Of a stretch of DNA of 58,772 bases, positions 45,982 to 56,000 are shown in pieces. How positions within the stretch are numbered: position 1 is the stretch's first letter; every line of letters starts with the position of its first letter. A program made the translations under genes and the position numbers. The stretch is from Candidatus Woesearchaeota archaeon (GTDB taxonomy: Archaea > Nanobdellota > Nanobdellia > Pacearchaeales > GW2011-AR1). The notes beneath the pieces were generated by a model that worked only from the letters and a program-made list of their open reading frames with translations, did not search any database and was not told the origin of the DNA. The DNA lies in assembly GCA_964493655.1 (NCBI GenBank), contig CAZBOY010000001.1:1-58772 (forward strand), read 5' to 3'.

Positions 45982-46365
45982 ATGACTCAGGCAGTATTGG
46001 ATGTTAAAGCAAATAATTTTATTTCAGGAGAAGGTTTAGACACAAAAGTTAAGTGGGATAATTTAGCTAGATTTGAAAGACAATGTAGGCATTCAGGAAG
46101 TTGCGGAATACAAGTTTATGAGGATGTTGAAAATAATGTTTGGCAAGAATTATTAGAGCGGAAAGTCCTTAGTTATTCATCTGAAGGAGCTTTTGCTTTA
46201 GTGGGAGAAGGAATTATTGTTGGGCCCAGATTATCTCATTTCCCCATGCCATTATATTTTAATTGGAGAAAAGATGCTTTAAATTATGCTCAAGCTTTTT
46301 TAAAAAGTCCAAATCATCATCCGGTTCATTTATTGCAAGGTGTTGAAGAAAGAGTTAATAGATGA
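45982..46365 (+). CDS. hypothetical protein
   Basis: 127-aa ORF. No motif recognised. Confidence 0.55.
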   Translation: MTQAVLDVKANNFISGEGLDTKVKWDNLARFERQCRHSGSCGIQVYEDVENNVWQELLERKVLSYSSEGAFALVGEGIIVGPRLSHFPMPLYFNWRKDALNYAQAFLKSPNHHPVHLLQGVEERVNR

Positions 46366-46366
46366 T

Positions 46367-47350
46367 TCATTTCCAGTTCACAACAACATCATCAGTTCTC
46401 TGCCTTGGTGCAATATCAATTTCTTCTATGTTAAATTTTAATCCGGCTTTGTGCATTTTTAGTCCAAGATAAGCAATCATTGCAGGGTTATCAACAAGGA
46501 GGGAATTTTCAGGACAAAAGAATTTAGCTCCTCGTTCTTTACACATAATTTTGCACATTTCTTGAAGCCTGGAATTGCACGCAACCCCCCCACCCAATAA
46601 TAATTCTTTTTTTCCAGTATGGGCAAGAGCTCTTTCTGCTGCTTCAACTAACATTGCAAATGCTGTTTCTTGTAAAGAGAAAGATAAATCTTCTAATTTG
46701 TATTTCTTGCTTTCCAACATTTGTCTTAGTTTTGTAAGCATTCCTGAAAAAGCAACATCCATTCCTTTTATTGAATAAGGGAGTTGTACTAATTCTTTTT
46801 TATTTGCTTTGTTTGCAAGTTTTTCAATTTTAGCTCCGCCTGGAAAACCAATTCCGGCGTAACGTGCAAAAGTATCTATGAAATTTCCGATGCCTACATC
46901 AAGGGTTTCGCCGAAAATTCTGTACTTGCCTGCTTCATATGCTATAATTTGTGTGTTGGCGCCTGAAGCATAGAGTAGGACAGGAGATTTTGCTCCGGTT
47001 GTTTCACCAATTTCAAGGTGGGCAATACAATGGTTTACAGGGATTAGTGGAATCTTTAATTTTTTAGCAATTTGTTTTGCAAATTTCATTCCTTCAATTA
47101 AACATGGTGCAAGTCCTGGTGCATTTGAAAAAGCAATTGCTTTAATTTTATCTTCGGTTATGTTTGCTTTTTCCAAAGCTTGATTATAAAGTTGCTCTGC
47201 TATTTTTGCATGATGGGTTGCTGCTTCAAGTGGAATTATTCCCCCCTGTTCTGTTGTATAAGTTTCTTTTTCATTGCAGAGGATTTTCCCTTGCATGTCT
47301 AGAACTGCCACACCGAAGGTGTGTGCCGTGGATTCTATGCTAATTATCAT
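46367..47350 (-). CDS. kae1: tRNA N6-adenosine threonylcarbamoyltransferase Kae1
   Basis: IISIESTAHTFGVAVLD..., HCIAHLEIG and GGGVACN motifs. No Bud32 fusion. Confidence 0.9.
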   Translation of the reverse strand: MIISIESTAHTFGVAVLDMQGKILCNEKETYTTEQGGIIPLEAATHHAKIAEQLYNQALEKANITEDKIKAIAFSNAPGLAPCLIEGMKFAKQIAKKLKIPLIPVNHCIAHLEIGETTGAKSPVLLYASGANTQIIAYEAGKYRIFGETLDVGIGNFIDTFARYAGIGFPGGAKIEKLANKANKKELVQLPYSIKGMDVAFSGMLTKLRQMLESKKYKLEDLSFSLQETAFAMLVEAAERALAHTGKKELLLGGGVACNSRLQEMCKIMCKERGAKFFCPENSLLVDNPAMIAYLGLKMHKAGLKFNIEEIDIAPRQRTDDVVVNWK

Positions 47351-47419
47351 ATATATTCCAGAAAATAAGTATTTATAAAGTTTGATAGAAAAAATTTAGT
47401 ATTAAAATAAAAATTAAAA

Positions 47420-47451
47420 ATGAACCCGCCCCTCCTTTCGGACAGGTTCAT
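47420..47451 (-). terminator. stem-loop ATGAACC...GGTTCAT between a small basic ORF and kae1
   Basis: 7-bp stem with an 18-nt GC-rich loop, 15 nt downstream of the stop at 47466. A terminator role is only a guess for an archaeon. Confidence 0.25.
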
Positions 47452-47465
47452 GAATGTGAATTAAG

Positions 47466-47606
47466 TTTATTTCTTCTTTTTCTTAGTTGCTTTTTTCTTT
47501 CTTCCGCCTCTAGCCATCTTTGCTTCGCAAACATTTCCTTTTCCGTCTACATAATAAAGATAACCAGATTTTCTTTTGATCACGTTTTTTACAATAACTT
47601 TTCCCA
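47466..47606 (-). CDS. unlisted 46-aa basic protein (MGKVIVKNVIKRKSGYLYYVDGKGNVCEAKMARGGRKKKATKKKKK)
   Basis: ATG preceded by a strong SD (AAAGGAGGGTAAAA). Below the 60-aa cutoff of the ORF track. Confidence 0.5.
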
Positions 47607-47690
47607 TTTTTACCCTCCTTTCAATTAATGTTACTAAATAAAATTTGTATTTAAACCTTTCGCTATTCTATCGACGGACATTTGTTATTT

Positions 47691-47993
47691 TTAAGTAGTT
47701 GTCGAGGAGGTTTTAGGCACTTCTAAAAGATATTTACCTCTTCCAGAAATATAAAATTTCCAGTCATTCACATTTTCAACTTTAGTTGCTTTTTTATTTT
47801 TATCAAGCCAAATTGCTGTAAATGGTTTGCAGAAAAGAGAGTGGATTGTCAGTTTTTTTTCTTTGTTGAAAATGAATAATAATGGTGAAGATTTTTTTTT
47901 GAACATTAGACCTCTTGCTTTTTGAAAGATTGATGTAAGGGGGTTTACCTTTATTGTTTTTGTTGTTTGGTTTATTTTGTATTTAAATTCCAT
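47691..47993 (-). CDS. DUF192-like protein
   Basis: ARGLMFKKK..PLLFIF...FTAIWLDKNKK...YLLEVP resembles the DUF192 (COG1430-type) pattern. Confidence 0.55.
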   Translation of the reverse strand: MEFKYKINQTTKTIKVNPLTSIFQKARGLMFKKKSSPLLFIFNKEKKLTIHSLFCKPFTAIWLDKNKKATKVENVNDWKFYISGRGKYLLEVPKTSSTTT

Positions 47994-48366
47994 CTTTTAA
48001 CTCGACATATTTATTATAAACATAATCAACATTTTTTTCAGTAACAACATTATGATGCTTGAAACCTCCGCCGAATGTTTTTGGTATATGCATTAGTTCG
48101 TGGATGATTACTTTTATTTGATCTTGTTCTGAAAGTTTATCAAATCTCTTAGAGATTGTCTCAATTAAGTAAAATCCTTTTCTATGGAGGGCGAGTTGCA
48201 TTGCTTTCCCTAGGGCGTGGCATCTTGCAATTGTTCCCCGAGATTGAGAGCCGTGACTGCGGATAAATGCAACATTGTCCAATTGAATATGGTTCCATCT
48301 AAGAACTTCAACTATCTCTTCTGCTTTTTGTTTTAGGTCTGGGGCGTGGTGGTATGTTATCGGCAT
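47983..48366 (-). CDS. predicted zinc metallopeptidase (HExxH)
   Basis: IIHELMHIPKTFGGGFKHH motif in a ~125-aa protein. Confidence 0.6.
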   Translation of the reverse strand: MPITYHHAPDLKQKAEEIVEVLRWNHIQLDNVAFIRSHGSQSRGTIARCHALGKAMQLALHRKGFYLIETISKRFDKLSEQDQIKVIIHELMHIPKTFGGGFKHHNVVTEKNVDYVYNKYVELKDGI

Positions 48367-48570
48367 TTTTCCTCTTTTATCTACTTTGATATTTTATCTT
48401 TGAATTTTATTATTTATAACTCTTTGTTTATCCAACACCCCCGATAAACTAAGAGAAATAGATTTTTTACAAAGATTTAGTTTGAAGATAGTTAAATATA
48501 TAAATAAGGGTACATTAAATAACCTAGGAGTTTAGTTGAAAACCTTACTGATTTAGGAACATCGTATAGT

Positions 48571-48984
48571 TTGATTTATGAACCTTCACAGCACTTAAAA
48601 TCTTTAAGAGATAGGCCTGGACATTTAGTTTTAGAAGCAGAATCATATGAAGTAATTAGAGAGCCAGATGTTCATTTAGATTGGGATTATGAGAAAAAAG
48701 TAGCTAGATTAGCTTCAGAGATGGCTATAACTAGACAACCTTTAACTTCATTAAGACTAGGAGAAACGCAATCAATAGAGGATTATCTATTTAGATTAAC
48801 TGAAAGAATCTTACCTCTTGTTTGTGATGATTTAAAAGCACTATTTTTTGGAGAGCTTAATTTTTTACCACCACATATAACTGCATTTGCAATTGCAACT
48901 CATCTTAAGGAAGAAGCAATTAGACAAGGGGAATTAAGAGGAGAATTTACAAAGAGGGGATATCAAATATCTTCTGCAGCTTAA
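48571..48984 (+). CDS. hypothetical protein (TTG start)
   Basis: 137-aa ORF with no in-frame ATG near the 5' end. Overlaps the convergent DUF167 gene by 4 nt. Confidence 0.5.
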   Translation: MIYEPSQHLKSLRDRPGHLVLEAESYEVIREPDVHLDWDYEKKVARLASEMAITRQPLTSLRLGETQSIEDYLFRLTERILPLVCDDLKALFFGELNFLPPHITAFAIATHLKEEAIRQGELRGEFTKRGYQISSAA

Positions 48985-49196
48985 TTTTTTATCTCAACTA
49001 TTTTATTTTTTGATGTCGGATTTTTTATTTTTATGTTTTTTGAACTTACCTTGAATTTTTTAGATAAGAGTTTTATCAATTCTATGTTTGCCTTGTTTTT
49101 TTCAGGAGGGGATTTTAGGTGAGCAACATAAAATTCTCCTGATTTTTCTATCTGACTCTTTTTTGAATTTGGTTTTGCTTTTATTTTTATTTTCAT
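48981..49196 (-). CDS. DUF167 (YggU-like) protein
   Basis: IKAKPNSKKSQI...YVAHLKSPPEKNKANIELIKLLSKKFKV...IKIKNPTSKNKIVEI follows the YggU pattern. Confidence 0.6.
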   Translation of the reverse strand: MKIKIKAKPNSKKSQIEKSGEFYVAHLKSPPEKNKANIELIKLLSKKFKVSSKNIKIKNPTSKNKIVEIKN

Positions 49197-49212
49197 TAAA
49201 GATAGAGATAAT

Positions 49213-50985
49213 TTAAGTTTTTAAAACCTCATAGAGATAAAGCCCTTCTTTGCTTATGCCTTTTAATGAAAAGCCCGGACAATTAAATTGAGGGGTATAA
49301 ACATACTCGATTTGTTTTTGCAAGGCAATGTTAATTTTTTGCTGACAACTTGCTGAAGAAAATTGAAAGAATAAATATTGCTCATTACTAATTGTACCTG
49401 GTTTGGTTGTTATAGGGAAGTTGTCTGTTGCTATGCCGATTACTGTGCCTTTCCAAGGAATACTTAAGAAATTTTTATTATGAATCTCTGAAAATAAAAC
49501 TAAATCATCTTCTTGGAGGTATTCCACTGCTGGTGCTGCTGGAGGAGTTTTTGCTTTTGTATTCATATTTACTAGTTCCAACTTTCTCCACCCATCATGA
49601 TTGGTATATGAAAATGAAATAATTAAAAATAAAATCAGAACTGAAACTTGAAGAATACTCATAATTTTATATTTTTCTATTTTTTCAAGATTGTTTAATT
49701 TTTTCACTACCCAGTTTATTCCAAATCCACTAACAATCACAATTAAAAAAGAAGTGACTACAACTACCCGTTCATAATCAATCAAAAATCTTGAATTATA
49801 GTATGAATAAAAAATCCAGTAAATAATACCTACAATAATTGGAGAAATCAGCCATACCCTTTGTTTTTGTTTTTCAAAAAATCCAAATATCGCAAAAAAC
49901 AAAATCGGGAGGGGAATAATATAAAAGATTGAAAAATTTGGTATGTTAAACGGAGTCAATGATTGGAAAAAGATTCTGGAAAAAATGTAAGAAACAGCAC
50001 TAATTAGGGGGTATTGTTTTGTTAAGAACATAGTAAACGAAATCAAAACTGCTGAAGTGAGTATTAATCCTAAATAAATCATAATATATTTTGCGTTTTG
50101 CTTTTTAGAGATTAGGAAATAAGAAATTAAACTTATTGCTGAAAATAAAAATAAGGGGGGGTAAAATATGAGTGTAAAAAACCCTGTAAACAAAATCATT
50201 TTTTTGTCGTCAATAGATATGAAAATAAATTCGAGTAATAAAAAGATTATCCCAAGGGTAAGTGGAATTAAATTCCATAGTCCTGGAATATTTCCCCCAT
50301 TGATTATATAGGAAAGTGAAATAGCGGCTATTGCTGAAATAAATTGATTGATATTATTAAATCTTAAGATAAAATAAACGAGAACGCAAATAAGGATGCC
50401 TGAAAAAATTGTTATTATTGTATATTGTGTTAATGGGTCTAAATCCAATGAGATGATTATTTCTGCGATAAATGAATGGAACGGAAGCTCTAAATTCGAA
50501 AAAGGCTCGAGGTTTTTTGTAAGAGGATTTTTTAATGGCAAAGATTTTGAAGAAATAGAATAATCAATAAAAGCTACAGAATACCATTCGTCTGAGAAAT
50601 ATGGGTATGGATTCTTCATATGTTCTGCAGAATTTAATGGTGAGGTGATTGTGGTAAAAGTTCCAGTATAGTTATAATGAACTGAATAGAGTTGAATAAA
50701 TAAAATAATTATTACAAATATTAACACCCAATCAATTTTTATTTTTTTTAGCTGATTAAGATTTTTCCTTGTTTTATGAATAATGCAGACAGAAGCCACT
50801 AAATTGATTACAAAAATTGTTGAATAATTAAAAATATGTAAAGATTGAGTCAAAACTGCAACAAAAAGATGAAAAGCGATTAAGAAACTAAGTATGTAAA
50901 AGAAGCCCTTTTTCTTATCTTCAAATTTTGTGATAAGCAAAAAAGGGATAAGCAAAAATAACACCCCGATTAATAATTTTAACAT
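49213..50985 (-). CDS. large polytopic membrane protein, possibly a GT-C-type glycosyltransferase
   Basis: More than 12 hydrophobic helices and a C-terminal soluble domain. SD GGAGGT upstream. Sits next to the GT cluster. No WWDxG motif seen. Confidence 0.6.
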   Translation of the reverse strand: MLKLLIGVLFLLIPFLLITKFEDKKKGFFYILSFLIAFHLFVAVLTQSLHIFNYSTIFVINLVASVCIIHKTRKNLNQLKKIKIDWVLIFVIIILFIQLYSVHYNYTGTFTTITSPLNSAEHMKNPYPYFSDEWYSVAFIDYSISSKSLPLKNPLTKNLEPFSNLELPFHSFIAEIIISLDLDPLTQYTIITIFSGILICVLVYFILRFNNINQFISAIAAISLSYIINGGNIPGLWNLIPLTLGIIFLLLEFIFISIDDKKMILFTGFFTLIFYPPLFLFSAISLISYFLISKKQNAKYIMIYLGLILTSAVLISFTMFLTKQYPLISAVSYIFSRIFFQSLTPFNIPNFSIFYIIPLPILFFAIFGFFEKQKQRVWLISPIIVGIIYWIFYSYYNSRFLIDYERVVVVTSFLIVIVSGFGINWVVKKLNNLEKIEKYKIMSILQVSVLILFLIISFSYTNHDGWRKLELVNMNTKAKTPPAAPAVEYLQEDDLVLFSEIHNKNFLSIPWKGTVIGIATDNFPITTKPGTISNEQYLFFQFSSASCQQKINIALQKQIEYVYTPQFNCPGFSLKGISKEGLYLYEVLKT

Positions 50986-51067
50986 TTTACCTCCTTATTG
51001 ATATTTATCATAAGTATTTAAAATTGTTGATGGTTAACTATAAATATCCAAGGATTTTTGGTTAGAT

Positions 51068-52186
51068 ATGAAAATATCAGTTGTTCTTCCGTGTAGAAAT
51101 GAGGAAAAAACCATAGGAATTTGTATTGAGAAAATAAAAAAAGCTCTTTTTGGGCAGGACTATGAGATTATTGTTTCTGATTCTTCAAAAGATAAAAGTG
51201 CAGAGATTGCAAAAAAAGCAGGTGCAAAGGTCCTGAAACATAATTTAGAAGGGTATGGTAATGCTTATCATGTTGGATTAAAAAAATCTAAAGGAGATTA
51301 TATTATCATGGGGGATGCTGATGATACCTACGATTTTTTGGAAATTCCAAAATTTGTTCACGAACTTGATAAGGGCTATGATTTTGTTGTTGGAAATCGT
51401 TTTGCAGGAAAAATAGAAAAAGGAGCTATGCCTTTTTCTCATAGGTATCTTGGAAACCCTGTTCTTTCAGGAATTTTGAGATTATTTTTTCATTCAAAAA
51501 TAAAAGATGCCCATTGTGGAATGAGGGCTATGAGAAGAGAAATCTTAGAGAAACTTAATCTAAGGACTACTGGAATGGAATATGCTTCTGAGATGGTGAT
51601 AATGGCTGAAAAAAAGAAACTTAAGATAAAGCAAATACCAATTAGTTATTATAAACGAAAAGGGAAATCAAAACTAAAATCATTTTCAGATGGATGGAGA
51701 CATTTGAGGTTTATGCTTTTATATTCTCCGTTGTTTTTATTTTTTCTTCCGGGATTGTTTTTATTTTTATTTGGATTCGGAAGCATTGTTTGGATATACC
51801 TTACCCCTCTTAAGATTTTTGGAATTACTTTTTATTTTTATCCGATGTTTCTTTCTTCCTTACTTTTAATAGCCGGATATCAGTTGATTATTTTTTCTGC
51901 TTTTGCAAAAACATATGCAGTAACTCATTTAGGTATGCAAAATTATTTTATGGAGAGATTATACAAAAAAGTAACTATTGAAAAAGCAAGCATTATTGGG
52001 CTGTTGATTATTTTTGTAGGATTAATTGTTTACCTTTCAATTTTCAGCAGATGGATTGGAACGGGCTTTGGTGAATTAAATGAGATAAAAAATTCTATAT
52101 TAGGGTTAACTCTTATAGTAATCGGGATACAAACTATTTTTTCGTCTTTTATAATGAGTATCCTAGGAATAAAAAGTAAAAATTAA
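51068..52186 (+). CDS. GT2-family glycosyltransferase with C-terminal TM helices (dolichyl-phosphate sugar synthase-like)
   Basis: ISVVLPCRNEEKTI, GDADDTYD (DxD), four C-terminal TM helices. Confidence 0.8.
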   Translation: MKISVVLPCRNEEKTIGICIEKIKKALFGQDYEIIVSDSSKDKSAEIAKKAGAKVLKHNLEGYGNAYHVGLKKSKGDYIIMGDADDTYDFLEIPKFVHELDKGYDFVVGNRFAGKIEKGAMPFSHRYLGNPVLSGILRLFFHSKIKDAHCGMRAMRREILEKLNLRTTGMEYASEMVIMAEKKKLKIKQIPISYYKRKGKSKLKSFSDGWRHLRFMLLYSPLFLFFLPGLFLFLFGFGSIVWIYLTPLKIFGITFYFYPMFLSSLLLIAGYQLIIFSAFAKTYAVTHLGMQNYFMERLYKKVTIEKASIIGLLIIFVGLIVYLSIFSRWIGTGFGELNEIKNSILGLTLIVIGIQTIFSSFIMSILGIKSKN

Positions 52187-52187
52187 A

Positions 52188-53276
52188 ATGAAAATAGCAG
52201 TATTTCATCAGTTTTTGGATAATATCGGGGGGGCAGAGATTGTAACTTTAACTTTAGCAAGAGAACTTAATGCAGATATTTATACAACAAATGTGGATTT
52301 TGATAAAATAAAAAAAATGGGATTTAATGATTTAACTAATCCAAATAGAATCAAATCAATTGGAAAAGTTCCTCTAAATGCTCCCTTCAGACAGCAATCA
52401 TCATTGAGAAAATTTAGAAAATTAAATCTTAGAAATAAATATGACTTTTATATCATTGCTGGAGACTGGGCAATTTCTGGGGCAGTAAACAATAAACCAA
52501 ATTTAGAATATTTTCATTCTCCAGTTAATGAGTTATTTGCATTTAAGCTATACATAAGGGAAAATTTAATTTGGTGGCAAAAACCAATATTTGATTTGTG
52601 GGTTTATTATAATAAATTTTTATATATGAAATATTTGAAACATGTTTGGAAAATTGTCTGCAACTCTAAAAACACTAAGGATAGAATAAAAAAATATTTG
52701 GGCAAAGATGCAGTTGTTATTTATCCCCCAATTGAAACCTCTAAATACAAATATGAAAAACCTAAGAATTTCTGGCTTTCTGTAAACCGATTGACTGCTC
52801 ATAAAAGAGTTGAGATTCAGATGAAAGCATTTTCTAAACTTCCTGAAGAAAAATTAATTATTGTAGGGAGTTATGAAAAGGGCTCAAAAAGATTTGAAGA
52901 ATATAAAAAATATCTTGAGAAAATTAAGCCTAAAAATGTAAAGATTATTAATTGGGATTCACAGAAAGCATTGCTCAAACTTTATTCTGAGTGCAAGGGA
53001 TTTATTACAACTGCAAAAGATGAAGATTTTGGGATGACTCCGATAGAAGCGATGGCGTCGGGAAAACCAGTTATTGCTCCAAATGAGGGGGGCTATAAAG
53101 AAACAATAACAAATAAAACTGGAATTTTAATTGATGATATTAATGAAGATAAATTAATACAAGCAATAAGGAAAATTGAGAATAATAAAGAAAGGTATAA
53201 AAAAAATTGTTTAAAACAAGCAAGAAAGTTTGATATAAAAGAATTTATTAAGAAAATAAAATTGGAGATAAGATGA
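52188..53276 (+). CDS. GT4-family (group 1) glycosyltransferase
   Basis: EDFGMTPIEAMASGKPVIAPNEGGYKETI motif. Confidence 0.8.
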   Translation: MKIAVFHQFLDNIGGAEIVTLTLARELNADIYTTNVDFDKIKKMGFNDLTNPNRIKSIGKVPLNAPFRQQSSLRKFRKLNLRNKYDFYIIAGDWAISGAVNNKPNLEYFHSPVNELFAFKLYIRENLIWWQKPIFDLWVYYNKFLYMKYLKHVWKIVCNSKNTKDRIKKYLGKDAVVIYPPIETSKYKYEKPKNFWLSVNRLTAHKRVEIQMKAFSKLPEEKLIIVGSYEKGSKRFEEYKKYLEKIKPKNVKIINWDSQKALLKLYSECKGFITTAKDEDFGMTPIEAMASGKPVIAPNEGGYKETITNKTGILIDDINEDKLIQAIRKIENNKERYKKNCLKQARKFDIKEFIKKIKLEIR

Positions 53277-54295
53277 AAAAAGATTTACTTGTAACACTTG
53301 CAGATAAAAAATATATAAACCAGGCAAAACAGCTTTTCTCAAGTGTTTATTTTAATGCTGGCTGGAAAGGAGATTATATGCTTCTTGCCCATGAAATTCC
53401 AGAAAAAGATTTGAAATGGTTTAGGAAAAAGGGAATTTTGATTAAGAAATGCAAACCTCTTTCTAGTAAAAACCTGACAAGATGGGCCCCTGTTGTCCTG
53501 GATAAATTTTATTTATTTAAAACAGAGTTTAGAAAATGGAGAAAAATTGTTTACTTGGATGCTGACATTATAGTTACAGCTTCATTTAATGAGATTCTCA
53601 ATGTCAATCAGTTTGGAGCAGTCTTAGATGCAAAGTCTCATGAAATGATCAGAGACCAATTTTTTAAAAAAACCAAAACAAATCAGTATTTGATTGAAAA
53701 ACTGGAAAAAGAATATAACACAAACGAAAAAGCATTTAATGCTGGTATGTTTGTATTTGACACAAAAATAATTAAAAAATATTCTTTTGAAAAACTTCTA
53801 AACTTATTAAATACACACGAAGACATTTGCAATACTGGGGAACAGCCACTCCTTAATCTTTATTTTTACAAAAAATGGGAACAATTACATCCAGTGTATA
53901 ATAATTACCTAAGTGCATATACTTGCGACAAAAGAAAAATTAAGGGGATAATTCTACACTTTCTCTATTGGAAAAGGCCATGGTTTCAGGAAAGCTGTTT
54001 TTACAATACTTGGATAAAAAACTTAGAAAACGCAGAGAATATTAACACTAAAAAACCAATTCCTCCAAAAGAAGTTTGGTCTGAAAAAAAGATTAAAAAA
54101 TACAGCTCTTTCTTGAGATTTATGTATTATTTGTACTATCTAAGAAATGAATTAAAAGATGCAATTATGGAGATAAAACGGGTTAGTTACTATATAAAAT
54201 GTGCAATACATTTTATTTTAGGAAAATGTGGGATATTTCTAAAAAAATATTCTCCTAGAATTTATACTCTTCTTAAACAAACAAGATTATTCTAA
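53273..54295 (+). CDS. GT8-family glycosyltransferase
   Basis: VYLDADIIV (DxD) and FNAGMFVFD motifs. ATGA overlap with the GT4 gene. Confidence 0.7.
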   Translation: MKKDLLVTLADKKYINQAKQLFSSVYFNAGWKGDYMLLAHEIPEKDLKWFRKKGILIKKCKPLSSKNLTRWAPVVLDKFYLFKTEFRKWRKIVYLDADIIVTASFNEILNVNQFGAVLDAKSHEMIRDQFFKKTKTNQYLIEKLEKEYNTNEKAFNAGMFVFDTKIIKKYSFEKLLNLLNTHEDICNTGEQPLLNLYFYKKWEQLHPVYNNYLSAYTCDKRKIKGIILHFLYWKRPWFQESCFYNTWIKNLENAENINTKKPIPPKEVWSEKKIKKYSSFLRFMYYLYYLRNELKDAIMEIKRVSYYIKCAIHFILGKCGIFLKKYSPRIYTLLKQTRLF

Positions 54296-55276
54296 AATAA
54301 TAATCATGCTTGGATTAATGAAAAATCTTTTAAATCCTCTTTTATGAATTTGTTTATGAAACGAAACATGTTCGCAGTCTTCAAAACCATATTTACAGTT
54401 TTTTATTGCTTTCATTTTATAGATTGCTAATCCGGAAAAACAGGATACAATTGGAAATAAATCTTCACCGGGTTTTAACTTTGGTTGTTTTGCTTTAATC
54501 CATTTAATATTGTTTTCTTTTATTTGTTTTTTATTAAGTTCTTTTTGTCTACCCCCCATATAACATCTATCTTCGAAATTTTTTATTCTTAAAGGATAAG
54601 AATCATGATAATCCCCATAACATAATCCATTTGCTCCCATTACATCCCAGTTTTCATGACCAAAAGTATTTGCAATTCCTCCATTATTCCAACCCCCGTA
54701 ATAATCTAAATCAAAAACCATCATATAATCTAAATCAAAAAACTTTTCTTGAATATATTCTAAATATTTATTTCTGCAATAAGCCATAATCTTCATTCTT
54801 GTTTCTCCTTGATTTTTCAATCTTGGGTAATTTTTTCTATTGTTTAATAAGATTATCCTCTTATTCTTTTTTACTCTTTTTTTTAGAATAGCTAGGGTTT
54901 TATCCTTAGAATCACTTTCAAAAATAACAATTCTATAGTCCTTAAACATTTTTCCAGTTTCTTCTAATCTTGAAACTGTTGTCCCAATAATTTCTTCTTC
55001 ATCTCTTACACATCCGCATAAGACCACCTTAGAATTTCTCATTTTCTTAATCCCTTTTTCTATATGGTCATAATAGGATTCATAATCCTCAGGAATTTTT
55101 TCTTCATTTCTAAAGCTCTTTTTATATATTTTGGAAAAAACCAGGGATTTTAATTTTCTATTAGTTAATTTATAAAAAATTCTTCTTATTAAATAATAAG
55201 GGGAAAGTAACCCGGTTAATTTTAAAAAATTCAATGTTCTTTCACTTACAACGACTAATTTATTTTCTGGCTTCAT
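54287..55276 (-). CDS. putative GT-A-like glycosyltransferase (weak)
   Basis: VVLCGCVRDEEEII...YRIVIFESDSKDKT...MVFDLDYYGG pattern and genomic context only. Confidence 0.55.
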   Translation of the reverse strand: MKPENKLVVVSERTLNFLKLTGLLSPYYLIRRIFYKLTNRKLKSLVFSKIYKKSFRNEEKIPEDYESYYDHIEKGIKKMRNSKVVLCGCVRDEEEIIGTTVSRLEETGKMFKDYRIVIFESDSKDKTLAILKKRVKKNKRIILLNNRKNYPRLKNQGETRMKIMAYCRNKYLEYIQEKFFDLDYMMVFDLDYYGGWNNGGIANTFGHENWDVMGANGLCYGDYHDSYPLRIKNFEDRCYMGGRQKELNKKQIKENNIKWIKAKQPKLKPGEDLFPIVSCFSGLAIYKMKAIKNCKYGFEDCEHVSFHKQIHKRGFKRFFINPSMIIILE

Positions 55277-56000
55277 CTTTCAAATACTCTTTAATTATTT
55301 TTTTTGCATCCCCATAATTAACAATCTTTCCTTTTTCCATCAAGATTACTTTAGTGCAGTATTTTTTTATTGTTTCTAAATCATGACTAACTAAAACAAT
55401 AGAAACACCTTCTCTTAAAAAATTCTTTATCTTCTTTACACTTTTTTTTCTAAACTCTTCATCTCCAACTGCAAAAACCTCATCAAGAAGAAGAATTTCT
55501 GGATTACAATGTATTGCAGTTGAAAAACCCAAACGTTGTTTCATTCCTTCTGAAAATTGATAGATTTTTGTATTAACAAATTCTTCAAGTTCTGAAAATT
55601 TTACAATAGAATCAAATTTTTTCTTTATTTGTTTGGTATTTAATCCAAATAGTGAACAACATAAGAAAATATTATCTTTCATTGTAAGCCTTTCTTTTAA
55701 TCCAACACTAAGGTTTATTAAAGAGATTAATTTCCCATTTGTTTGTATTTTTCCAGAATCTTTTTTATAAATCCCTGCAATTATTCTCAAAAGAGTTGAT
55801 TTTCCAGAACCATTTTCTCCGATTATTCCAAGAATTTCTCCAGAGTTACATGAAAAAGAAACATTGTCCAGAGCAGTTATTATTCTTTTAGGTTCTCTTC
55901 CGGAAATTAAAGAAACTATTTTTTCAAGAATGCTTTGGTTTTTTCTAAAACCTATTTTAAATTTTTTAGATATTTTTTCAGCAATTATTCTTTTTATCAT
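55260..56000 (-). CDS. polysaccharide/teichoic-acid-type ABC exporter, ATP-binding subunit (Wzt/TagH-like)
   Basis: Walker A GENGSGKST, signature FSEGMKQRL, Walker B ILLLDE. Confidence 0.85.
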   Translation of the reverse strand: MIKRIIAEKISKKFKIGFRKNQSILEKIVSLISGREPKRIITALDNVSFSCNSGEILGIIGENGSGKSTLLRIIAGIYKKDSGKIQTNGKLISLINLSVGLKERLTMKDNIFLCCSLFGLNTKQIKKKFDSIVKFSELEEFVNTKIYQFSEGMKQRLGFSTAIHCNPEILLLDEVFAVGDEEFRKKSVKKIKNFLREGVSIVLVSHDLETIKKYCTKVILMEKGKIVNYGDAKKIIKEYLKDEARK

